Positions 12,602 through 25,549 are shown, counted from the first letter of the stretch. The stretch: 64,000 nt of DNA from Tubulanus polymorphus (GCF_964204645.1 NC_134028.1:7812001-7876000); one strand, 5' to 3'. Numbers and translations: made by a program. The notes: generated from the letters alone by a model not told the origin.

Positions 12602-14339
12602 TTGAGATCTATGCATATTTTTTAACCAGAGTCAAACCTACAAAATTGTAGCTCATGACATATGATTATGATGATTTTTAACATTACTGGTTTTTGTATA
12701 CATGGTATTTTCATATGTATTGGTGCCCAGGCATATTTTGTAAAAGCTATCAATTACAGAATTGTTGCTCATGACTAGCTCTATGTCAAAAATTGCTGAG
12801 TATCATGGTCATTGGTTTCTGTGTATGTTCGCCAGGGGGTGTCGAATAGCGGAATAACATAGTAAGTATATAATAACCCCTAGTTCATATCTTTATTTAG
12901 GAAACGTGCCGTTATTGTAAGGAAAACTGGGCCGATCATTTCGGTCTGAGGTGCGAAGAAATAGAAAAGAAAGATGAGGTTTCATTACGAACGAGCTAGT
13001 AAGTATAAAATCGTTAAACAGCTGCAGACACGTTAAGACGTGTGGAAATTTAGTTGCAAACATTTTTATCATCAAATCTCCAACGCGAAAAAGTGTGATC
13101 AGTTTATTTCACTCGTCTCCTCAATCTAAGAGTGATGCGTTCTTTTCGAATCTAGAAGGGTTTCTCGAAAAGCTCGAAGGAAAAATGTATTCATGTATTT
13201 TTGGTAAAAGTTATCATAATGATTGATTTTTACAGCGAGGAGAAGATGACGATGGCTTTATTGCGTACGTGCCATGCCTGTCAGGCCAGCTTCACTAAGA
13301 TCGAAGGCTGCAATAAAATGACTTGTCGCTGCGGGGCGAAAATGTGTTATATCTGTCGAAAACCTGATGTAAGTGAATTTGTCATTTATCGTCATTTTCT
13401 GAATGATAAAAAATTATCGTCTCTTCAATATCTAACGGATATTCTATATTTTCTGTAGATCGATTATAATCATTTTTGTCGTCATGTCCGCGAACCAGGT
13501 CATCCTTGTGATAAATGTACTGCTTGTTCGCTGTGGAGTAATCCCGAGGTAAGAACTTCAACCTCGAATGATGATTACAATTACTGTAATCTAAAAACTT
13601 GTTTAATAATGCGGCGAAATATTCTGTTAGAAATATGAACTGATCATTTAATATTTTAGGAGGATGATAAGAGAGCCGTTAGTGAACTGAAGAAGGAAGC
13701 CATGAAAGTTCGCAAGGAAAAAGGTGTTGTTGAATTAGCTATCCATCATATTTATCTGAACAGAACGACCTCCTTAAGAATGAGCTTGGATATAACAAGC
13801 CAAAATGTTTCATATATTGAAACAACAAATCTAGATTTTCTGCAACCTCCCCAATAGGGATTCGAAAATGATGGCATCGAGGCTCACCACAGTACAAAAC
13901 TTGGCTACACTAGGCCGGGTGTGCAGGTTTGCCTCAAGTTTTTGTGCGGCAAATCAGATTGCCCGTTGTATAACCGCCAAGGCAAATATCACAGAACTAT
14001 AAATGGAAAATCCCAGGCTAAAATAAAACGGGATATCCGATTGGCTAATAATGGCATCATCTGCGCATGTACCTGCGCACTGGGGCTAGTCTGACAAGGT
14101 TTACGTTCCGTGGCCAGTCTTGATGCCATCAGGTTCGAATCCCTGCTGGGGAGGATGGATTTTCTCCTAAGTCTGCTGTAACGAGGTTCCACTGTAGAGT
14201 TCATCTACTCCGTGATGCGTTTCTAATGAATTTGCAGCAGATTCAGTATAAATATTGAAAATATTCATGTTTGTTTCTAGGATATGAAGATGATAAGGAA
14301 ATCGGGGCACCCGAGCGAAAAAAACACAAAAGCAAGTAA
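3565..14339 (+). CDS. RNF216: RNF216/TRIAD3-like RBR E3 ubiquitin ligase (multi-exon)
   Basis: Spliced exons give N-terminal CUE-like [15 protein letters not shown], a long low-complexity exon (~5008-6763) and [16 protein letters not shown]...[13 protein letters not shown]1 [17 protein letters not shown] (11751-11939), [35 protein letters not shown] (12418-12999), RING2 [31 protein letters not shown] (13235-13368), then [16 protein letters not shown]. Last exon ends ...HKSK-TAA at 14339. GT-AG junctions; 5' exon set approximate. Confidence 0.9.
6046..6741 (+). repeat. Coding 24-bp tandem repeat (Pro/Ala-rich octapeptides) inside the RNF216-like exon
   Basis: About 29 units such as gctcagcctccagctccagtcaaa and gctcagcctccagccgcagtttat, encoding KAQPPAPV then YAQPPAAV. 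Confidence 0.95.
7761..8265. mobile_element. Tc1/mariner-pogo-type MITE (TA-CAGT termini)
   Basis: TACAGTAGAACCCGCTTAAT ... ATTAAGTGGGTTTGACTGTA. Related shorter copies at ~14570-14711 and ~16735-16869. Confidence 0.75.
9463..9538. repeat. (TA)n microsatellite
   Basis: Pure TA run in an RNF216-like intron. Confidence 0.98.
9855..10173. mobile_element. MITE with CATGGTTCCCAC TIR and 6-bp CAATTG flanks
   Basis: CATGGTTCCCAC at 9855; GTGGGAACCATG ending at 10173. CAATTG lies directly on both sides. Internal GGGAAA-rich subrepeats. Confidence 0.75.
12509..12602. repeat. (GCGT)n tetranucleotide microsatellite
   Basis: Perfect gcgt run in an intron. Confidence 0.98.
13846..14154. repeat. Imperfect inverted repeat with GTTCGAATC (B-box-like) arms, probably TE-derived
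   Basis: cctccccaatagggattcgaaaatgatggcatcgag versus cttgatgccatcaggttcgaatccctgctggggagg (near reverse complement). Confidence 0.65.
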
Positions 14340-14569
14340 CAAAATTGTGCATTTATTTGTTGGAAACTGCTGCTTATTTTGAAAATCGATTGACGCGTGA
14401 AAGATGGGCGTTTACTTCTAGTGTGGAATTGAACACTTCGTTCGCATTTATTCGAGTGTTCTTCATCTGAAGTCTAAATCATTAAAAGAGCTTAATGATT
14501 GAATATTCACTGTAATTCATAGGATCTTCATAGAATAACTGTTAATTTCTGTTTATTTACGTCATTTAG

Positions 14570-14711
14570 TACAGTCAAACCTGCTTAATCCGGACCATAT
14601 TTGCAGTCCATATGTTCATTGATATACAAGAAAATGACATAATCCAGATTTCTCATAAACCTGACGAATTTTGTTGGTCCCGAACGATCCGGATTAAGCG
14701 GGTTCTACTGT
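14570..14711. mobile_element. Short pogo-like MITE copy in the probable RNF216-like 3' UTR
   Basis: TACAGTCAAACCTGCTTAATCCGGA ... TCCGGATTAAGCGGGTTCTACTGT; same family as 7761-8265. Confidence 0.7.
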
Positions 14712-15253
14712 TTAAATAATGGTAACCTTGAAGTTCATAATCTTCCATTTTATGCGAATGTAAAATTGACTGCTGACAGTACAGTATTTTTATTAAAACA
14801 ACTCGAAAGACTTTGCGTAGTTGGAATGATTAGAATGGTAATTTGGCTTTTTGATTTATCAATTACATGTATTGATTATTCAAGAATGAATGCATTTTCT
14901 TGAATCCAAGTGATAATTTGCAATTCATGTTCCTAGGGATTTCAGGAATAATTCTAGAACTTCCAGTTGACATGTAGATATATAACCTGTTAATTGTATA
15001 GAGAATTTATAATAAAGATTTCTAAAACTTGGAAAACTTTGGTCTTCGTAATATTAGTACCGGGTACATGAAGCCAGCTTCTGTAGATTTTAATTTCGTC
15101 GAGTTAAGTTTTCTGCCTTGCTGCTCTGAAATTTCACGCATGGATTTTCTAATTACTTCCTGAATAATGCGACTGATGAAGTCAAAATTATTCATTATCA
15201 GATATTAAGAAAATAAATTTATTTGAGTGAAAAGAGACAATGGTAATAGATGA

Positions 15254-18200
15254 CTAAGTAGTTAAAGCTTGGATTTTTGGAAGTACGATATCATTCCAGG
15301 TTTCGGTCCATCTTGTCGATTGGAAGGTTTTGAGATTTTTGTGGAATTGGTTTAGAGTTGTTTTCTCCGGGAAATCTGAAAGCAAATCCTGAAAGAGAAT
15401 AATATCCATTGATTAAATTGATCGACTTTGTACATAACTCATAATAATGGTCTATTCACAGAGTACATACGTTTACACGATGCATAAATTTGTGGACACG
15501 CATGGGGGGTGGGGGTGGTAGTATTTTGCATACAAACAGATAAAGTAAAAGTCTAGGAGTATTCAGCTTTTTGCAACATATTCAATCATGAATGAACACA
15601 AGCAGTAATCCACTTATCACTTAGTTATTCTTTGGTCTCTAAGAGCCCGTTTGTGGTGTTAGGTTAATTAGTATCTAGTTCATACCTGTATTTGTGTTGT
15701 AAGTTGCTGAGCACTGTTAAATACCAATCCGTTCTCTTCATGTTTAACCAACTCGTGTAAACTAAAAATTAGTGAAATGATCATAATTTTAGAGAGCAGT
15801 CCTTGAAGGTCTTTTTATCTTCAACACTATGAAGCCTGCTGTGGCATCCTGGTAGTCATCTACTATACGCACCACGCAAACTGAATTGCACAAACAGGAA
15901 GTCCACAGCCGAACATATCAACAACTTTCATCGGTAAATCGAGACCACTGGACGACATATGTAAACAAACTCCCATATCAGCCGAACCTTGAATTAATAT
16001 ATACAGCGTCACAGTTTCGAACTCTTTAGAGGCTGCATTTAGTTAAAGCTGGTCTATAAAAACAGTCACAGGCAGATATCCCTATATTGCCTCTGTGGAC
16101 ATCAAAGTGTCCTTTTGGGATGTGACAAGTTCTTCAAAACTGGTCTCTGGATCTGCTCTTAAGTTCTATATCACAGATAAATGTATAGTTTTGGTAATTA
16201 GGCATAATATGTTCTTGATTTCAGTTTTTTCTATCTGCTTAATTTTTATCTGAGTTCGTCTAAACATGATTTCACTTTCAATTACCTAATAGTGTAGGAT
16301 AGTCTTCCGCTTCTAACCATGGTGTTATTATAGACACAACGTTCCATGATTTTTCGGCAATTAATTTTTGATACTCCGCTTTTTTAGGACCTTTCCCTGA
16401 AAAACCAAATCTATAACTTCGAGACCAAAGCAGTTATTTCATATTCTAACGTTGCCGATTTCCGATACTCTCACCTGTTATGGCACAAATAACTTTAGGA
16501 AGTTTCTTTTTTTTCGCTTTCAACTCATAATCTAGACAGAAGATAAAGTTACCATTATAATTATTATCATTAAGACAGAACTTGTTTTAGGAAGTATATT
16601 TGAATTAAGACAAGGCAATTGGTAAATCTATCCAATTGAAAGTCTATTGAGACTGAGAAAATATTATTCATGTATTTACATAATTTTCATCGAATATAAT
16701 GGGGAAGTTACAAAATGATAGAAAACGTTGGATGTACAGTCAAACCCACCTAATTTGGATTTAGGTCTATGCCGGACATTATTTGGCTTTTAATCCAGAT
16801 TTCCCGTAAACTGGATGAATTTTGTTAATGGTGGTCCCAAATGATCCGAATTAGGCGGGCTTTACTGTATCGAAGAGTGAAATGATATTAGGCTTTATTC
16901 TTCCTCATACCTTCTAACGCTTTAAACAGTATGGAAAAGTCTTCATCCTCTGAAAGAATGTAAATGCGAATGTTTCTAAATTAAAATTGCTCAAATAATT
17001 GATGACCGACTTGTAAAAAGTATATAACTACATTAAACACATACCGGTCCAACTAGTGCTGCTCATTATAAATGCAGGACGACTCTCTTTCAATGAGATA
17101 TTTCCATCAATATCTTGTGTAAATGCTGTTTCATTTGCGTTACCATTGCTGGAAGTACAGTGGAGGAACCACGTTAATACGAATCTCGTGAGCATAAGTA
17201 AAATTGTCGTATTAAACAGGGCTTTGTATTATCTAAAGCTTGATTGATATAAATATCTAAAAGCTGGGACATGCTGGAAATCATCGTAATAAACGGTTTT
17301 CGTCATGAACAGAATCTATTAATCAGGTTTTACTGTATAAGGATGTGAATTCGATGGCATTGATAATCTACCGTGGTATGAACCCCTGCCATAAAAGTGT
17401 GCCAATTGGCTAAGGATGTCAGATTTCGTGGCACCAGATGAGCAGGTGTCATATCAGGCAGTCAGATTCTTGTGATACCATTAAGTTTGCATTCTTGCAG
17501 GTACCGTAATTTGGAATCGATAGAACGTTTCTTCTCACCTAGCTGCAAAGCATGGATATTCCTTGGACAGTCTTGAAAATAGTTCATGTTGATCTTTCAC
17601 TTCAGTTTCATGGAACATTATTGGAGGTCGATCATACATAGTGTCGGCTCTGCAGTTGAGAAAATATTCATTTAATTTTCAAGTTTGAAAAATGTTAATA
17701 GTTTTCATCGCCGAAAATGTTAGACTAACGTAATATTCCAGTTCATCTTCAGATCGTCTTTCATTGCATCAGTAACACATATATTCTCATCAGCAAACCG
17801 TCCTAACAAGTGTTCATACCTGAATGAACAATAATGAGTAGATCTAGATTACAGAGTTTAGTTTGTACTGGGTTACCCAACAAAATTAGGAACCTAACAA
17901 AAATATCAAATTCAAGGGATTTACTGACTGTCCAATACAAACCAATTGGTCTTTACCAATTGAAAAACATAGAATTATCAATTGAAAGTGAAAACTTCAG
18001 TCGAAACTTCTGAATATACAATATCTCATTTCTGCTTGAGGATATGTTAAACTGATTTTACATCCTTGGTGAATCTGATTAAGTTAAATGATAAATATTC
18101 TTACCAGTAGGCTATTTTTACTAGTGGATGTTTTTGTCCGAGGGATAAACCGAGTATCGTATATCCGTAGTTGTGCCAGTCAATAACAAACTTACAGTTC

Positions 18201-19806
18201 TTCACGAAACTGACCAATAAGCACATCGCAAGTGAAGGTATGGCAGGCGGATTCTTTGAAAATAGAAATAACAAGTCAGTTAACTTGTTCGACTTACACT
18301 ACTGGTACACGTTTTTCCATGTTATCACATGTATATCCGTTAATATCTCATTGAATCTGTTTTGAGATTTCAAAATCCAACAAATTGAAATTTTCATTTT
18401 TTCGGCTTAAACAATTGATACCTTGTTTCTCCTTTCTGCTGGGCCAGCTGCCGATCTACCCTGTACTTTATTTTGAAATAAATTATGATCAAATTATCCA
18501 TAACAGACACCCGGCAGCTATGGAAATGAATTGGATAAGAACTTTTATTGCAATTTACAAAAACACCAGCCAAAGAGGAGAAAAATGGTATCAATTTATT
18601 AGCCTAACAAAACGATTGTCTAGCAGTGCTTAGTGTTTCAACATGTGGTATGCACTGGGGAAACACATAGTTCAAGTAAATTTGTCTGCTTACAAAAAGC
18701 TTGTGGTCACAATTTAATGAAAAGTCTTGTAGTGATTTAGAAATCAGGAAAATTCATTCTACAGTAAATGAAACCGACTTTGGTACAACGAACTTTGTTT
18801 CTGACCTGTGAGAAAATGACTTCGGTGCGCTTCAAACGACTCAATGTTACTAGTAAAATCACTGCTTGCCAGGCACCTTTCAATATTTTCCCGACAAATC
18901 TTGGCAGAGCTGAAAAAAAATCAGAAAACTGATGTAGTTTATACTGATATTTGACTTTTAGAATTTTCAAAATATGAAGTTCTTACTGTTTACTAGTTTT
19001 GGTGGTTCTCCCATGATATGCTGTTGGATGTGGTCATTATTTCGAAATTCTTCATGTGGAATTGAACCTGAAAAGTAACGAGACAGTCAACCCCTAATAT
19101 ACCATCTACATCAGTGACTTAGAATATTGGCGGTATAAAAAATATAATCTTATTCTTCACTCCATCATACATTTCTAGAGGACATAACAATGATTTCATT
19201 TGCTTCCACCTTAGGTTTGCTGAAATACCCAAGTTGTTTCGTCAAGCATCTGATTGTATAAATCAATAGAAAATTTTGATGCGTTCTATCGAGGGAGATT
19301 TATTATAGGCCTACATTTGAACATGGATGTACTAACAGAGATGATTCGGTTACGATTACTGCTATATTTTCTCAGTCTCTGGTCTTCACCCTTTCCTGGA
19401 ATTTTTTAATTTGTGCACCTTAATGCGCATGCACGGTGTAAATAATTAGCCTATCAGAACTAGTTGTCCGAAAATAGTTTTAGCAACAGGAAAAATGCCA
19501 CATCTGCAAAATATCACCTGCTTTTCAGCTTACATCCAACTTACCTCCATATCCTACAACATCTACACAATATCCATTATCGGCCAGGGATAGTGAGTGA
19601 TATTGCATCCTCGGACTGCGGCCTATATCACCTAAAACCATTACACACACACGCTGGCGCCGGTCCTGTTGTTCTCCATCTCCTGCTGCTGCCGCTGGCC
19701 CCGCAAACAAATTAGGCAAACGATTGTAAACTATTGTGAGAAGCACCGCAACAACACACGGAAAACAAACCAAGTAAATTACTGCAAATATGTCATTCAG
19801 ATCCAT
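15254..19806 (-). CDS. ALG1: Chitobiosyldiphosphodolichol beta-mannosyltransferase (multi-exon)
   Basis: N-terminal TM segment, then [24 protein letters not shown]. Later exons give [91 protein letters not shown] and [12 protein letters not shown]. Last exon ends ...[22 protein letters not shown]. Confidence 0.95.
16735..16869. mobile_element. Short pogo-like MITE copy in an ALG1 intron
   Basis: TACAGTCAAACCCACCTAAT ... ATTAGGCGGGCTTTACTGTA. Confidence 0.7.
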
Positions 19807-19881
19807 ATTTCACTAGACGAGTCAAATGAAAGGGCCCAAATAACGATTAAAACGTGAATAAATAAAAATAGATTGACACAA

Positions 19882-19890
19882 CCCGGAAGT
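19882..19890. promoter_or_regulatory. ETS/GABP-type site in the ALG1 proximal promoter
   Basis: CCCGGAAGT about 80 bp upstream of the ALG1 ATG, a typical housekeeping-promoter motif. Confidence 0.45.
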
Positions 19891-19910
19891 AAATCATTGT
19901 CTCCCCCATG

Positions 19911-22900
19911 GATTGATGTCTGTCTGCAGAGTTTCCAGAACCTGTCATGTCAGGTCCCGAAAAAACCCAAACTCATGACAATATTTGACGAAACGGCGAA
20001 ATATCTAGGCATGTGCTAGACGAATGGAAGAACATTTTGAGTTGAATGAATATTCTGATCCGTCGTAAATATCGAAAATGATTCAACAATAACGATAACG
20101 AAAATGTTCTGACAAATAATTCATTTGAAAGGTTGATTTATAAGAAGAAAATATTTATGTGTAAACTATGACTTATTTCTGTATGGGAAAAAATAAGTTT
20201 CAGGCATAGATGAATTAATTAATGTAGAAGTAAGAGCACATTATAAGAGAATATTTTCGCTAGATGAATCGAGGTCTTGATATTTCGTTTCCGCAATAAG
20301 ACACTGAAAATTATCTGCTCACTATCACAGTTCGGCAACACTCCTCACTGTCCTGAAGTCCTGAAGTCTCACTATTTATATTCATTGTCTTTATGATGTA
20401 CATGTAAAAGAGCCGAATGCGATATAGAGACTGATTTTATTGAGACTGATTTTAAATCAACTCATCAATTTAAAGCATGAAGTTTTTTTTCTATCTATAT
20501 CAGTTTTAATGCAGACCTGTCGCCACAGGTCCCGAGAAGCTCTGCAAAATGGCGCGAGCTGCCGTTTGAGGTCTCGCTTCAAAATTATTGTTTTATAGTA
20601 ACTTAAGATTAACTATATCCATGGTTAGCAATCTTTATTATATTCATTACTATAAAGAGACCATAAAAATTAAAGTTTTCCTTCATTTCATCAGTTTTAA
20701 TGCAGACCTGTCACCTCAGGTCCCGAGAAGCTCTGCAAAATGGCGTGAGCTGCCGTGTGAGGTCTCGCTTCAAAATTATTGTTTTATGGCAACTTAAGAT
20801 TAACTCTATCCATGGTTAGCAATTTATATTATACTTATTACTATATAAAGGTTATAAAAAGTAAAGTTTTTTCCATTTCATCAGTTTTAGTGCAGACCTG
20901 TCACCACAGGTCTCGATAAGCTCAGCAAAATGGCGCGAGCTGCCGTGTGAGGTCTCGCTTCATAATTATTGTTTTATAGTAACTTAAGATCAACTATATC
21001 CATGGTTAGCCATCTTTATTATATTCATTACTATAAAGAGACCATAAAAATTAAAGTTTTTCCCATTTCATCAGTTTAAATGGAGACCTGTCACCACATG
21101 TCTCGAGAAGCTCTGCAAAATGGCGCGAGCTGCCGTGTGAGGTCTCGCTTCAAAATTATTGTTTTATAGTAACTTAAGATTAATTCTATCCATGGTTAGC
21201 AATTTATATTATACTCTTTACTATAAAGAGACCATAAAAATTAATGTTTTCCTTCATTTCATCAGTTTTAATGCAGACCTGTCACCTCAGGTCCCGAGAA
21301 GCTCTGCAAAATGGCGCGAGCTGCCGTGTGAGGTCTCGCTTCATAATTATTGTTTTATAGTAACTTAAGATTAATTCTATCCATGGTTAGCAATTTATAT
21401 TATACTCTTTACTATAAAGAGACCATAAAAATTAAAGTTTTCCTTCATTTCATCAGTTTTAATGCAGACCTGTCACCTCAGGTCCCGAGAAGCTCTGCAA
21501 AATGGCGTGAGCTGCCGTGTGAGGTCTCGCTTCAAAATTATTGTTTTATGGCAACTTAAGATTAACTCTATCCATGGTTAGCAATTTATATTATACTCTT
21601 TACTATAAAGAGACCATAAAAATTAAAGTTTTCCTTCATTTCATCAGTTTTAATGCAGACCTGTCACCTCAGGTCCCGAGAAGCTCTGCAAAATGGCGTG
21701 AGCTGCCGTGTGAGGTCTCGCTTCAAAATTATTGTTTTATGGCAACTTAAGATTAACTCTATCCATGGTTAGCAATTTATATTATACTTATTACTATATA
21801 AAGGTTATAAAAAGTAAAGTTTTTTCCATTTCATCAGTTTTAGTGCAGACCTGTCACCACAGGTCTCGATAAGCTCTGCAAAATGGCGCGAGCTGCCGTG
21901 TGAGGTCTCGCTTCATAATTATTGTTTTATAGTAACTTAAGATTAACTATATCCATGGTTAGCCATCTTTATTATATTCATTACTATAAAGAGACCATAA
22001 AAATTAAAGTTTTTCCCATTTCATCAGTTTAAATGGAGACCTGTCACCACAGGTCTCGAGAAGCTCTGCAAAATGGCGCGAGCTGCCGTGTGAGGTCTCG
22101 CTTCAAAATTATTGTTTTATAGTAACTTAAGATTAACTATATCCATGGTTAGCCATCTTTATTATATTCATTACTATAAAGAGACCATAAAAATTAAAGT
22201 TTTTCCCATTTCATCAGTTTAAATGGAGACCTGTCACCACAGGTCTCGAGAAGCTCTGCAAAATGGCGCGAGCTGCCGTGTGAGGTCTCGCTTCAAAATT
22301 ATTGTTTTATAGTAACTTAAGATTAATTTTATCAATGGTTAGCAATTTATATTATACTCTTTACTATAAAGAGACCATCAAAATTAATGTTTTCCTTCAT
22401 TTCATCAGTTTTAATGCAGACCTGTCACCTCAGGTCCCGAGAAGCTCTGCAAAATGGCGTGAGCTGCCGTGTGAGGTCTCGCTTCAAAATTATTGTTTTA
22501 TGGCAACTTAAGATTAACTCTATCCATGGTTAGCAATTTATATTATACTCTTTACTATAAAGAGACCATAAAAATTAAAGTTTTCCTTCATTTCATCAGT
22601 TTAAATGTAGACCTGTCACCTCAGGTCCCGAGAAGCTCTGCAAAATGGCGTGAGCTGCCGTGTGAGGTCTCGCTTCAAAATTATTGTTTTATGGCAACTT
22701 AAGATTAACTCTATCCATGGTTAGCAATTTATATTATACTTATTACTATATAAAGGTTATAAAAAGTAAAGTTTTTTCCATTTCATCAGTTTTAGTGCAG
22801 ACCTGTCTCCACAGGTCTCGATAAGCTCTGCAAAATGGCGCGAGCTGCCGTGTGAGGTCTCGCTTCATAATTATTGTTTTATAGTAACTTAAGATTAACT

Positions 22901-25549
22901 ATATCCATGGTTAGCCATCTTTATTATATTCATTACTATAAAGAGACCATAAAAATTAAAGTTTTTCCCATTTCATCAGTTTAAATGGAGACCTGTCACC
23001 ACAGGTCTCGAGAAGCTCTGCAAAATGGCGCGAGCTGCCGTGTGAGGTCTCGCTTCAAAATTATTGTTTTATAGTAACTTAAGATTAACTATATCCATGG
23101 TTAGCCATCTTTATTATATTCATTACTATAAAGAGACCATAAAAATTAAAGTTTTTCCCATTTCATCAGTTTAAATGGAGACCTGTCACCACAGGTCTCG
23201 AGAAGCTCTGCAAAATGGCGCGAGCTGCCGTGTGAGGTCTCGCTTCAAAATTATTGTTTTATAGTAACTTAAGATTAATTTTATCAATGGTTAGCAATTT
23301 ATATTATACTCTTTACTATAAAGAGACCATAAAAATTAATGTTTTCCTTCATTTCATCAATTTTAATGCAGACCTGTCACCACAGGTCTCGAGAAGCTCT
23401 GCAAAATGGCGCGAGCTGCCGTGTGAGGTCTCGCTTCAAAATTATTGTTTTATAGTAACTTAAGATTAACTATATCCATGGTTAGCAATCTTTATTATAT
23501 TCATTACTATAAAGAGACCATAAAAATTAAAGTTTTCCTTCATTTCATCAGTTTTAATGCAGACCTGTCACCTCAGGTCCCGAGAAGCTCTGCAAAATGG
23601 CGCGAGCTGCCGTGTGAGGTCTCGCTTCATAATTATTGTTTTATGGTAACTTAAGATTAACTCTATCCATGGTTAGCAATTTATATTATACTTATTACTA
23701 TATAAAGGTTATAAAAAGTAAAGTTTTTTCCATTTCATCAGTTTTAGTGCAGACCTGTCACCACAGGTCCCGAGAAGCTCTGCAAAATGGCGCGAGCTGC
23801 CGTGTGAGGTCTCGCTTCAAAATTATTGTTTTATAGTAACTTAAGATTAATTCTATCCATGGTTAGCAATCTATATTATATTCATTACTATAAAGATACC
23901 ATAAAAAGTGAGGTTTTTTCCATTTCATCAGTTTTAATGCAGACCTGTCACCTCAGGTCTCGGGAAGCTCTGCAAAATGGCGCGAGCTGCCGTGTGAGGT
24001 CTCGCTTCAAAATTATTGTTTTATAGTAACTTAAGATTAACTATATCCATGGTTAGCAATCTTTATTATATTCATTACTATAAAGAGACCATAAAAATTA
24101 AAGTTTTCCTTCATTTCATCAGTTTTAATGCAGACCTGTCACCTCAGGTCCCGAGAAGCTCTGCAAAATGGCGCGAGCTGCCGTGTGAGGTCTCGCTTCA
24201 TAATTATTGTTTTATGGTAACTTAAGATTAAATCTATCCATGGTTAGCAATTTATATTATACTCTTTACTATAAAGAGACCATAAAAATTAAAGTTTTCC
24301 TTCATTTCATCAGTTTTAATGCAGACCTGTCACCTCAGGTCCCGAGAAGCTCTGCAAAATGGCGCGAGCTGCCGTGTGAGGTCTCGCTTCATAATTGTTT
24401 TTTTATAGTAACTTAAGATTAATTCTATCCATGGTTAGCAATCTATATTATATTCATTACTATAAAGATACCATAAAAAGTAAAGTTTTTTCCATTTCAT
24501 CAGTTTTAGTGCAGACCTGTCACCACAGGTCCCGAGAAGCTCTGCAAAATGGCGCGAGCTGCCGTGTGAGGTCTCGCTTCATAATTGTTGTTTTATAGTA
24601 ACTTAAGATTAATTCTATCCATGGTTAGCAATCTATATTATATTCATTACTATAAAGATACCATAAAAAGTGAGGTTTTTTCCATTTCATCAGTTTTAAT
24701 GCAGACCTGTCACCTCAGGTCTCGAGAAGCTCTGCAAAATGGCGCGAGCTGCCGTGTGAGGTCTCGCTTCAAAATTATTGTTTTATAGTATTTCAAGATT
24801 TAATATATCTATGGTAAGCATACAATTTTACATTCACCATTAGATAGAGATCATAAAAAGTTCAGGTTTTTCTATTTCATCAGTTTTCAAGCAGTCCCGA
24901 AGCTCTGCAAAATGGCGCGAGCTGCCGTGTGAGGTCTCACTAATTAAGCAGTGTTATGTCTAATTTATCCTATGTCAACTTAAAAGCTTGGACTGAAATG
25001 TTTTTAAATTGTATGTGCACTTTGTGAATTAATAATAATATGTAAATATATAGGGCCTAATCATAATGAGTATAATGATTGTTATTAATACTGATTATGA
25101 ATACATAAGGCACTACTGGTATCATTGCCTGATCTTGATATTTTCATGTTTCATGTTACAAAAACTTAAATAAATTGTAAACAATTATTTCAATGTTCTC
25201 AAATCATTCACCATCATTGCATCTTTATTATATACAATGCGATATAGTTCAACAACTTTTTATAAACGGACAAACATAAATTCTTAAATGAATTCATAAC
25301 ACATCATAGTTTCGTTTTTGTTTTTGAATAATATATTCAGAAAGCACTAAGATATGTTCTTTTTGTTTCTTATCGGCTATCATTTGTTCTAAATCCGCGC
25401 CTATCATATCTTCTAATCGCCTATCATCGGTTCAGTCATAACGATTTTCATTTTAGCAAATCGACCTGTCACCTGAGGTCCCACCTGTCATGTCAGGTCT
25501 TGGGCCCTGACATGACAGGTTCTGGAAACTCTGCAGACAGACCTAAATG
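19911..25549. mobile_element. 5.6-kb non-autonomous TIR DNA transposon with 8-bp TSD carrying a satellite array
   Basis: Perfect 37-bp inverted repeat GTCTGTCTGCAGAGTTTCCAGAACCTGTCATGTCAGG (19918-19954 and 25506-25542). Each copy is separated by 7 nt from a direct repeat CCCCCATG (19903-19910; 25550-25557). Confidence 0.85.
20480..24940. repeat. Tandem satellite, 190-191-bp monomer, about 23-24 copies, with 5-mer higher-order repeat
   Basis: Monomer core gcagacctgtcacc(t/a)caggtc(c/t)cgagaagctctgcaaaatggcgcgagctgccgtgtgaggtctcgcttc recurs every 190-191 bp. A diagnostic variant recurs at ~952-bp spacing. Confidence 0.97.

Noticed and set aside
20588-24788. Fourteen near-identical 66-69-aa ORFs suggesting a tandem peptide gene family or CRISPR-like array
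   Set aside because: They start at TTG, overlap the monomer period and are frameshifted by 1-bp monomer indels. There are no unique spacers and no cas genes. They are satellite artefacts.
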